In this document: positions 29,614 through 39,000 of the stretch, in pieces
Layout of the letters: each line of letters starts with the position of its first letter
Numbering within the stretch: position 1 is the stretch's first letter
Assembly: GCA_934157205.1 (NCBI GenBank)
Contig: CAKPHJ010000005.1
Coordinates: forward strand, 52-64,051
DNA length: 64,000 nucleotides
Direction of reading: 5' to 3'
From: an uncultured Clostridia bacterium
GTDB taxonomy: Bacteria > Bacillota > Clostridia > TANB77 > CAG-508
Program-made: the position numbers and the translations under genes
The notes under the pieces: model-generated
The model's input: only the letters and a program-made list of their open reading frames with translations
What the model was told of the DNA's origin: nothing
Databases searched by the model: none

Positions 29614-30504
29614 TTATTTACTTACATTTTTTATAATTTGATTTACTAAGCTTTCTTCAACTGAAAGTTCAGTATTTATAAAACCTATTTCTGGTCTAAT
29701 ATTATCTTTTACATGGAAATCTGATCCCATGGTTATAAATAATTTATTTTTTCTGGCAAATTCTTTCCATTTTTCAGTTTCATCAAACATTTTATTGTTT
29801 CTATCTACATACAAATAGATTGCTTCTAATCCGTCTGGTTTCATTTCATTTATTATTTCAAGTATATCTTCGTCTGTAAGATTATCTTCATGTTCATAAG
29901 CTACTGGATGTGCTAACACAACTTTACCATTAGCCTCTCTTATCATATCTGCTGCTTCTTTTGGAGTAACTGTATTCTTTTTAACATATGCAACACAGTT
30001 TTCATTCATTATTGTTTCAATAAATTCGCCTTTATTTGGAATATGTCCAAATTCATTAACGAGTTTATCATGATTTTGTTCATTATTAATAATATCCAAG
30101 GCAATATGTGCTTTTGTAACTGCATCAATTGTATCAAGCTCTTCAACATTAAGTTTATATCCTAATTCACTTAATTTTTTGTTTACATTATGTAAATATT
30201 CGTGTCTTGCATTTCTTATTTTTAGTAATTTATTTTTAAATTTTTCATTTTTCAAATCAAATCCATATCCCAAAACATGAATTCCAACTTTTTTTGATTT
30301 TGTTGATATTTCTACAGCATTTATTAAATTTATATTTTTCTTTTTAGCATATTCAAATAATTCTTCATTATAGGCATCAATGGTGTCATGATCTGAAATT
30401 GCAATTGTATTAATTTTACTTTCACTTGCCTTATCAATTACCTGCATTGGTGTTAATGTTCCATCTGATATTGTTGTATGTATGTGTAAATCTATTCTTT
30501 TCAT
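29614..30504 (-). CDS. PHP-domain phosphoesterase (TrpH/YciV-like)
   Basis: 296 aa. MKRIDLHIHTTISDGTLTP...IAISDHDT...VLAHP...GSDFH are the His/Asp metal-binding motifs of the PHP superfamily. It starts 9 nt after the upstream gene. Confidence 0.85.
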   Translation of the reverse strand: MKRIDLHIHTTISDGTLTPMQVIDKASESKINTIAISDHDTIDAYNEELFEYAKKKNINLINAVEISTKSKKVGIHVLGYGFDLKNEKFKNKLLKIRNARHEYLHNVNKKLSELGYKLNVEELDTIDAVTKAHIALDIINNEQNHDKLVNEFGHIPNKGEFIETIMNENCVAYVKKNTVTPKEAADMIREANGKVVLAHPVAYEHEDNLTDEDILEIINEMKPDGLEAIYLYVDRNNKMFDETEKWKEFARKNKLFITMGSDFHVKDNIRPEIGFINTELSVEESLVNQIIKNVSK

Positions 30505-30512
30505 ATTTTTAA

Positions 30513-31568
30513 TTATAATTCAATTTGTTTGTTATCTATAATTGAATTATTTTCCTTTCTTTTTATTTTTTGTACATCTATATTAGTATCTATTAAATTT
30601 TCTTTCCATTTTTTTATTTTATTTTTGAATCTTTCTTCTAGTGCTGGCTCATAAAATCTTCTTGCATTACTTTCTGTTGCAGATGCTATAAGAATATCAT
30701 ATAATTCTTCAGGCGTATATTTACTTACAATTTGTTTTCTACTTTGCATTAATATATTTTCAAGTTCTTCTGGAAAATTAAATGGAGTAAAAGCTGCCAT
30801 ATAATCATATACATAATTATATGCTTCATCATCATATTGCCATGTTTTTCTATATGATTTTGGATGAATTGGTAAATATGGTGGTATCCCCATTTGTTCT
30901 GCCAGTTCTAATGTTTTTGGCATTTGTTCCATTAGTTTTTTTATAGTAGAATATTCTACTATGTGAGCATCAATTGGCAAAAATATTCCTGGCATTTCTC
31001 CTTTTTTTATCATTTCTGAAATTTGTTCTATATCACTCATGGTTTTAAATGGCTTTTCATCAGAAGTATGCATTTCAGATTTTTGCAAAAGTTTACTTAG
31101 TTCTTCTTGAACTTCTTCTACATGTCCATCTTCACATACTAACCACATATCAATATCTGGTAATCTATTTATGAGTTTTCTTGGTTTTAAGCTTTTTTTC
31201 GTCTTTGGACATGGTCTACAAATGCTTTTTAAATCTGGCATTGTATCATATAATTTATCTAAACAAGCTTTACATTGATATATGGACTTTTGTACTTCTT
31301 GCCCATCTTTAACTAACTGTCTATTATATCTAACTTGTTCTGTAATAACTGGTATTGTTCCTTCCAAATTTTCGTCTAAAACATAAAAAGGATACCCTGT
31401 TCCAAAACTTCCTTTTCCGAACTTCACCTTAGATGCGATCTTGTTAAAAACTTCTATATTCCAAACTAGATATTTTCTTTTTAAATCTGTATTAGTTTTT
31501 TCAAAGTCTGTTGAAGATTTTTCTATTCCTTTTGTTATTTCTCCTATTGTTATACTATTATCTTTCAT
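30513..31568 (-). CDS. Uncharacterised protein, predicted Pol-beta-fold nucleotidyltransferase with an inserted CxxC...CxxC zinc ribbon
   Basis: GKGSFGTG (G59-S60, ~31412) ... CKAC (C105/C108) ... CRPC (C123/C126) ... LPDIDMWLV (D144/D146, ~31157) ... LPIDAHIV (D206). The probable start is ATG 31568 (MKDNSIT, AGAGG RBS); the track start is 31586. Confidence 0.5.
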   Translation of the reverse strand: MKDNSITIGEITKGIEKSSTDFEKTNTDLKRKYLVWNIEVFNKIASKVKFGKGSFGTGYPFYVLDENLEGTIPVITEQVRYNRQLVKDGQEVQKSIYQCKACLDKLYDTMPDLKSICRPCPKTKKSLKPRKLINRLPDIDMWLVCEDGHVEEVQEELSKLLQKSEMHTSDEKPFKTMSDIEQISEMIKKGEMPGIFLPIDAHIVEYSTIKKLMEQMPKTLELAEQMGIPPYLPIHPKSYRKTWQYDDEAYNYVYDYMAAFTPFNFPEELENILMQSRKQIVSKYTPEELYDILIASATESNARRFYEPALEERFKNKIKKWKENLIDTNIDVQKIKRKENNSIIDNKQIEL

Positions 31569-31762
31569 TTTGCATACCTCTTTCATTCTTTTTCATTTAC
31601 TACAATTTTTATTATATTTAACATCTTCTGTTTTTTTATATTTTATCATTATAACGTATGCTTTTACCTTTTTTATTTTATCATAAAAATAGTTATTTGT
31701 GAATATCTTATTTGAAATTATAGAACAAATAGTTACAATCTAATGGTTTTAAAAAAATTAAC

Positions 31763-31800
31763 ATAAAAAACAACACTGTAATTTATTTTACAGTGCTGTT
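31763..31800 (-). terminator. Intrinsic terminator after B1
   Basis: On the minus strand, stem AACAGCACTGTAA / TTACAGTGTTGTT (one G-U pair) with a 6-nt loop is followed by TTTTTT. Confidence 0.7.
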
Positions 31801-31816
31801 ATTTTATTTTTCAGTT

Positions 31817-34800
31817 TTATTTTCTTAGTACTTTTTTCTTGATTAGGAATACTCCTGCTCCTATTATTGCTAATAGTGTTGTTCCTAAGATTATTGGTGT
31901 TACGTAATTTTTATTTGAACCAGTACCTGGTGTAACAATAACTTTTTCTGCTTCATCAAATGTTGTTGAACTTGATGTATTAATTAATGGTGTTCTTCCA
32001 CTTGATGTATCTACTTGTGTTAATTCTGCTTTGTTGTCAAATACTAATTCTGAATCATTAGAGTTTGTAAGCAATTTACTTGTTTTTAATGTCTTTTCAT
32101 TTTCTTGTCCAGCTTCAAGTGGTTGTACTAAACCTTCTTTTAATTTTAGAACTGTTTCATCTGTTAAATCTTCTTGTTTTTTGCTCATTATTGTATGTCT
32201 CCATGTTTTAACAGTTTGAGTTTCTTCATCAGTTTTTGTACTTGCCAATTTTTTATTGTAGAATGTTGTTATTGTTCCATCTTCACTTGTTTCTTCTCTT
32301 ACAAGTTCCCAATCACCTTCACCGTCTTGTGTAACTGTTTTTTGTATTGTTTGTATAATATCTGAATTTTCTTCTTTATTTACAATTTCCCAATCTGTAT
32401 TTGTACTACTGTCATATGCAAATTCACTATCTAGATAATCATTAACTCCTGTTGGTGTAATTGTAACAGGATTTGTTGTATTTCCTGATTCTTTTCCATA
32501 TGTATAGAAGTCTTCGTTTTGATAGTCATTTTCACTATTATTTTTTACTTTAATAGTGTATGTTACTTCTAATGTTGAACCTTGTAGTAATTCATTATCT
32601 ATTTGTGCCCATAATTTATCTCCTGTAGATGTTAATATTTTATTTGATGTTGTAGGTTGGCCATTTACTATGTCTGTATCTACTGCTATTGTACCATTCG
32701 CAAATGTTATTTTTACGTGTGATACTTGTTTTTCAATTCCAACTTGTTGTCTTGGTCTTTCAATAATACCTAAATCAATATTTTTTGTTTCATAAGTTCC
32801 AATTACAAACTTATCTCCATCTACAATTGTTATGTTTGTGTCTATTATTGTATCACCTTTTTCAATTCCTAAATCCATTGGATTTTCTGATGATGATGAT
32901 GACACCATTGTTTTTATAAGTTCTTTTCCATTATCAATATTTTTTCTTGTTGCATAATCATCTGTTGCATCTGAATATCTTGGTGTTTCTTGTTCCCACC
33001 ATTTTTCTCCTGCTCCATGATAAATTGTTGCTTTATAGTTATTTACATCATATGTTGTGTCATTATATTTTTGTCCGCCCCATTCATATTGAACTATATA
33101 TTTGTCTGGAACAACTTCTGTAAATTCGAAGTTACCATTTGCATCTGTTTTTACTGAGTCTCCATATTGTTTATTGCTTGTTACACTTATTAATTTAACT
33201 GTAACTCCTTCGATGCCGTGTTCGTTTGAATCATATTGTCCATTTCCTTCTCTATAGTTTAATTTAAGTTTTTCTGGGTCAGCTTCATCTTCGAAAACAC
33301 TACCTGTAATTTTTCTTGTTGCTGCATTTTGTGCTTCTAATAATAATGCTGGTGCTTTGTCTGTGTCATCTTCATATGTATCTGTATTACCTGGTATAGC
33401 ATTTCCTGGTGCAGAGTCTTTATCAATTCCTGCATATAGTTTTTCTTGTTTGTCAAATACAGAGTAATTGTTTATTTCTACTACATTTTCTAATGTTGGT
33501 TTGTTATTTAAAATATTTATTGTTGCTTCTTTATTTAATTCAAATTGTATGTATATAGATTTTTCTGATTGTGCTTCTAACCATTGATTTGTATATATTG
33601 TTGTTCCGAAGTAAGAATTGTGATCATATTCCATTTCATCACCATCAGATTTTGAAATAGCATTTCCTTTATATAAATCATCACTGTTTATTACACTGCC
33701 ATTTGCATCTAATTCATATCCTATTGCATTTAAATTATATCTACTATCATAGTAATCTACTATACTATTTACTTTTGCATTTAAACTTGTTGATTCATTT
33801 TTCATTGCAATTCTATATGTTACAGTAACTTTTAGTTCTTTGTTTATATCTTGTTCATTTCTGTAGTTTATGTCTGATCTGTATATAGCTTGTGAATATG
33901 ACATTTGACCATAAGCACTTCCAAATTTAACACCTACATTAAATTCTTCTCCATTGTAGTCTCCTGCATTTTCAAATCTTTTTGCATATGTATATACATG
34001 GTTATATCCATTTATTGAAAGTTTAACATTTTGAACGTCTTTCTTTATTGCAAGATCTGGTTGTTCTCTTTCATATAAACCTAAGTTTATATATGTTATT
34101 TCTTCAACTGGTTTACTTGTGTCTTTAGCTTGTAATTCATCATATCTGTCTGCTACATATGATTTTCCTGTTGTTGTTACTTCTTCTGTTTCTGCTGTTA
34201 TTGGAGCAATTCCTCCATTATCAACACTTTCTAATGTTGCAGTATGATTTGCTAATGTATATTTTAAGCTATGTGTAATATTTCCATTTGAATCTCTTGT
34301 ATAACCTGTATCTCTGCTACTTGAACCTTTTACTTGTGCAAATTTTTCATTAAAGCTGTTTCTTGTTTCTGTAGATTCTTCTGCTTTTGAACCATTATCT
34401 GATTCTGTATGTTTAATTACGTTTGTATATACTAGTCCATCATATTCAAATTGAACATAATAGTTTGATAAATCTTTTACTAATATATATTCAAATCTGT
34501 ATGCTCCATTTTCATCTGTTTTTGTTACACAAGCTTCTCCTTGTGCATTTTTTACTATATCACCTGTTGTTTTGTCTATTAATTTTACAGTAACATTACT
34601 CATTAATTCATCGTTTGTATCATATTCATCATTTTTATATAAGTCATTTCTTACTGATTGTTTTCCATCAATTTTGTCTTTCCATACAAATCCTGATAAA
34701 TTAACTGTTGTCTTTTTGTTTGGTATTTGTAATTCTGCTGTTTTGTCTACTGTTACAGATGTTGTTTTTCCGTTATTTACTATTTCATATCCTACATTTG

Positions 34801-36067
34801 GGTTTTTAGTTTCATATGCTATATATGTTCCTATTATTAAGTTGTTAATTGTGAATTCACCGTTTTCATCTGTTACAAATTCTGTTGCATTTGCTTCATC
34901 TACATATGTTATTGTTCCATCACTTTCTTGATGTACGTATTTTCCCATTCCTTTGTTTTGGATTTTAAATCCTACTCCTTGTAGTTTAACAACATTGTTG
35001 TCTTGGTCTACTTTTATTACTTTAAGGTTACCTTTTATTGGGTATTCTCCATTCCATTCTGTTGATATTTCAGTTTGATTTGGTTCAAATGAAATTAGAT
35101 TTTGACATTCTCTAAGATATAGAAAATACACATTAACTCCTTTTACTGATGATGTTATTTTGACTTTTATTTTTAGGCTTTCTTCTGTTAGTTTACTGCC
35201 TTTTATTGCTATATAAAATTCAGAATTTGATGTAACCTTTGAAGCTTTTGTCCACTTACTAGATACCCAACTTCCTATTTGAACATCTTCACTATCAGCA
35301 TTCATTCCATTAATGTTAATATTAGAAGAAGTAATATTTCCATCAAAAGTCCATTTGTATGGTCCAATTATAGTATATTCGCCATTTTGGGCAACTTTTA
35401 AATTATTTTTATCTGTATTATCTTTAAAATTTAGAGTTTTTGCTTCCGGTACCGTTTTTGCATACTCTTCCGCCTCACTAACAATCTTTTTTCCACGATT
35501 TGCAATAGCTTTAGTAGTATAGCCTTTACTAGTTTGATATGGATTACCACCGTTTATCATTTTTCCTAAAGAGGTTGATGAATTATATCCTTTATATTTT
35601 TTTCCAACATCTGAATTCTTTAAATTATTAAATACAGCCCAAACAGCAGTCTGTCTTGCCCTTTTTTCAGCTGACTCTGAAGTTACCCCTAGATTTAAAA
35701 TATATGCTAACTTCGCATTTTCTTTATTAGATATTGATAATTCACTACCATTCATTCCTATACCAGTAGATGTTTTTCCTATTATTTTTAATATGTTCAC
35801 AACTTTGTATTTACCAGTTTCTCTTGTATTTGTATTATGTTGTGCACAGAATAGTGGTTGCTGTGCACTCCATTTTCCAGTATCATCTGTAGAAACTTTT
35901 GTAGAATAATATTTAATATTAACTATATCTCCTATTTTTATAGTTTCATTTTTCATACCTATATAGTAATCTGTCATTGTCATAGCATTTGAAATATTTG
36001 GTGCCATTAATATTATTATAAATATTGATGCTATTATTCCTAAAATGTATTTTTTAAATTTTATCAT
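31817..36067 (-). CDS. Giant surface adhesin/pilin-like protein B1 (1416 aa), paralog of B2, with one SpaA-type repeat and a TPGTG sorting signal
   Basis: Signal peptide MIKFKKYILGIIASIFIIILMAP. The N-terminal Cys domain (LFCAQH...RQTAVW) is homologous to that of B2. It has one GNLKVIKVDQDNNVVKLQGVGFKIQ... repeat and SdrD-B-like units. The long C-terminal region is collinear with B2 (REQPDLAIKKDV..., SIVDYYDSRYN, YAGIDKDSAPGN, DDTDKAP). It ends VTPGTGS + TM + KKKVLRK. Confidence 0.85.
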   Translation of the reverse strand: MIKFKKYILGIIASIFIIILMAPNISNAMTMTDYYIGMKNETIKIGDIVNIKYYSTKVSTDDTGKWSAQQPLFCAQHNTNTRETGKYKVVNILKIIGKTSTGIGMNGSELSISNKENAKLAYILNLGVTSESAEKRARQTAVWAVFNNLKNSDVGKKYKGYNSSTSLGKMINGGNPYQTSKGYTTKAIANRGKKIVSEAEEYAKTVPEAKTLNFKDNTDKNNLKVAQNGEYTIIGPYKWTFDGNITSSNININGMNADSEDVQIGSWVSSKWTKASKVTSNSEFYIAIKGSKLTEESLKIKVKITSSVKGVNVYFLYLRECQNLISFEPNQTEISTEWNGEYPIKGNLKVIKVDQDNNVVKLQGVGFKIQNKGMGKYVHQESDGTITYVDEANATEFVTDENGEFTINNLIIGTYIAYETKNPNVGYEIVNNGKTTSVTVDKTAELQIPNKKTTVNLSGFVWKDKIDGKQSVRNDLYKNDEYDTNDELMSNVTVKLIDKTTGDIVKNAQGEACVTKTDENGAYRFEYILVKDLSNYYVQFEYDGLVYTNVIKHTESDNGSKAEESTETRNSFNEKFAQVKGSSSRDTGYTRDSNGNITHSLKYTLANHTATLESVDNGGIAPITAETEEVTTTGKSYVADRYDELQAKDTSKPVEEITYINLGLYEREQPDLAIKKDVQNVKLSINGYNHVYTYAKRFENAGDYNGEEFNVGVKFGSAYGQMSYSQAIYRSDINYRNEQDINKELKVTVTYRIAMKNESTSLNAKVNSIVDYYDSRYNLNAIGYELDANGSVINSDDLYKGNAISKSDGDEMEYDHNSYFGTTIYTNQWLEAQSEKSIYIQFELNKEATINILNNKPTLENVVEINNYSVFDKQEKLYAGIDKDSAPGNAIPGNTDTYEDDTDKAPALLLEAQNAATRKITGSVFEDEADPEKLKLNYREGNGQYDSNEHGIEGVTVKLISVTSNKQYGDSVKTDANGNFEFTEVVPDKYIVQYEWGGQKYNDTTYDVNNYKATIYHGAGEKWWEQETPRYSDATDDYATRKNIDNGKELIKTMVSSSSSENPMDLGIEKGDTIIDTNITIVDGDKFVIGTYETKNIDLGIIERPRQQVGIEKQVSHVKITFANGTIAVDTDIVNGQPTTSNKILTSTGDKLWAQIDNELLQGSTLEVTYTIKVKNNSENDYQNEDFYTYGKESGNTTNPVTITPTGVNDYLDSEFAYDSSTNTDWEIVNKEENSDIIQTIQKTVTQDGEGDWELVREETSEDGTITTFYNKKLASTKTDEETQTVKTWRHTIMSKKQEDLTDETVLKLKEGLVQPLEAGQENEKTLKTSKLLTNSNDSELVFDNKAELTQVDTSSGRTPLINTSSSTTFDEAEKVIVTPGTGSNKNYVTPIILGTTLLAIIGAGVFLIKKKVLRK

Positions 36068-36086
36068 TTTTATACCCCCTTTCTTT

Positions 36087-39000
36087 CTATTTATTTTTCC
36101 TTAATACTTTTTTATTTATTATATATACACCTAGTCCAATTATTGCAATTATAATTATTGTTAATACAATATAAGTTACTGCTCCTGTTTTAACACTTAT
36201 AATAATATCTGCACTTGACATATCGTTTTCACCTTGTTTTTTATTTTTAGGTGTTGAGTTTGTATCTTCAAAGCCAGATTCATTATATTGCTCTGCTATT
36301 TCTGCTGTATTATTTATTAAGCCTGTATTATCTTCAGTCATTTGTTTTGTTAATACTAGTTTCAATTCTCTGCTTTCTCCAGCTGGTATTTTTTCATTTG
36401 CCAGACTTGAATTATATAAGTTTCCATCTGCTTGATACCAGTCTTTGTTTAATTCTGAACTAAATTTAAATTCATCTGACATATAGTCTACTATTTTTGA
36501 AGCATATGCATCTACTTCTCCACAATTAGTTACTTTAATTCCATATTCAACAATAACCATTGCCCCATTTATTTGTTTTGCTGGAAGCTCTACTTTTGCA
36601 AGTTTTGATTGTTCATATGAATATGAAGATGTTCCTTTGTTGTCTTGTACTGTTATTTTATTTATATATTTGTCTAATTGTATATCAAAGTTTTTAAGTT
36701 CTGTTAAACCTAAGTTAATTCCAGTTACACTTGTGTTTTCTATATTGATTGTATCTGTAATTCCATATGTTTTTTCTTTTCCATCTATGTTTAATTTACC
36801 TGAGACAGCATTTGAATTTTCGCTTTGTGCCAATCCTTCTTTTTGATATGCTGTTATTCCATATTTAGATGTATCATATTCAAATATTACTATGTATTTG
36901 CCAGTTGCTACGTTTTGTAATACGTATGATCCATTATTAGATGTTGTAGCTGTTATTAATTTTCCAGTTGAATCTTTTGCTAATTCATTTGTTTCAACAT
37001 TTAATAGTTTTACATTTATTCCACTTAATAGTTGTTCTCCAGAATCTTTTTTACCATCTGAATTTTCATCAAGCCAAGCTGTACCACTTATTACATGATT
37101 ACTTGTTTCTTGCCCATTGTTATTTTGACCATTATTATTGTTATTTCCATTGTTACCATTGTTTCCATTATTGTTGTTATTATTGTCTGAAGAATTGTCT
37201 TCAACTGCTGGTTCTATAACATTTGATATTTCTGAAGTACTTTGAATATGTTCTCCATTTAATAAAACATCTGCTTTGTTTGTTATCACTTCTGGAGATG
37301 TTCTATCTAAAGAACCTCCTACTTCTGTTTGAACATTAATTGTTGTTTCTCCATTTGCTGGAATTGATGTATTTATATAAACTTCTTTTTGTCCTTCTTC
37401 TATTTCAACTTTTTCTCCATCTTGTGTTATAGATAATAAATTTAATTGTTCTGGTAAAGCATCAGTTAATTCTATTACACTTGCTTCTATATTACTTAAA
37501 TTTTTTATTTTAATTACATAATCAAGTTTATCCCATGTTTTTAATGTTTTAGAATCTTGTGTAGAAGACATTGAAGCTTCTAATTTAATATTATTAATTA
37601 GGTCTGTTCTAACATTTGATCTATATGATAAATCTGAGCTATCTTTTGCAGTTGTAGAAAATTGTATGTCTTTTCCCATTGCCTCAATTTCTTTATTTAT
37701 ATTAAATGTATAAGCAATTACAATATTTTCTCCTGCATTAATATTTCCAATATTTAAATCTTCTGCATATTCTATTTCTTCTGTTTGAGAATTATCTTCT
37801 CCATCAATTTTTATTTCTTCTGATTCTTCTGAATCTTTAGTTGCAGTAAATCTTTTTAAGCCTGTTATTTTTTCTAATGTTGGTTCTTCAACATTTTCTG
37901 GTAGATTTGTATGTAATTTTACATTTTCTTGTGTTTGATTAGATATGTTTTCTATTATTGCATAATATTGAACTGTATTACCTGTTATTAATTCGTTTTT
38001 TCTGTCTGTTACTCTTTTTACTGTTACTCTTAAATTTCCAGATTTTACTGTGTTTTTTATTTCGTTAGTTTCTTGTTTTGCTTCTCCATAATATGTTGTT
38101 ACTTTGCTGCTTATTTCTTTTCCGTCTGCTGTATCATTTTTCACTCTAACTTCATATGTTTTTGTTACAGTTTCACCTGCTTTTATTGTACCTACTTCAA
38201 TATCATGTGTTTGTTTTTCTGTTTCTTTATAATATGAAGCTCCTGTATATTCATAGTTTTCTTCTGGTTCTACATATACTGTACCTACTGGAACTTGTCC
38301 TGAAATTTTAACATTTTGTGCTTCTTCTGTTCCAGTATTTTTAACTGTTACATTATATCTTATTACTTCACCTGTTTTAACTTCTGAACCATTTTGTAAA
38401 TTATCATTTCCAACTGTTGCTGTTAATGATGATTCTATAACAGGTCCTACTCCTGTTTGAGTACTTATTGTTGTAGATTTTGCATTTTGTTGTAATCCTG
38501 TTGTTGTATTTGTGTAATCTACTGTATAACCTGTATATGCTTCTTCATTATATTCTAGATTTTGTGGTATTTCTACATCATAACTTGCTTTTACTGTTTG
38601 TGCTTTATCCATATTGTTTACAACTATTAAATATTTTTTAACATTTTGATTGTTTTCAATATTTTCTTTCCATGCATTTGTAGAATCTGCAAGTACTGCT
38701 GTTGCATTTTCATTTTCAGAATAATAAACTTTAGCATCTGCTCCTTCTACTGCAACATTTGATGCAATTTTTGTTTCTATGTTTGATTTTTTGTTATCTA
38801 TTTTTGATTCTTTTGTTGGGAATGTTCCAAGTACTGCTACATTTGAAATTCCACTATCATTGTTGTTTATAATTTCTGTTTCTACTTTTACTGTTTTAGC
38901 GTCTTTTCCTTTTTCTAACATTACATTTTTTTCTGCTGTATCACCTATTGTTTCTACTCCTAAGTTATCTATGTTGTTTACTGTTATAAGTCCTTTAGGT

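Noticed and set aside
29262-29636. Plus-strand ORFs 29262..29636 and 41292..41504 in the regions upstream of A2 and A1.
   Set aside because: They span promoter, repeat and terminator sequence, have no RBS and are hydrophobic low-complexity translations. The DNA is better explained as regulatory or repeat sequence.
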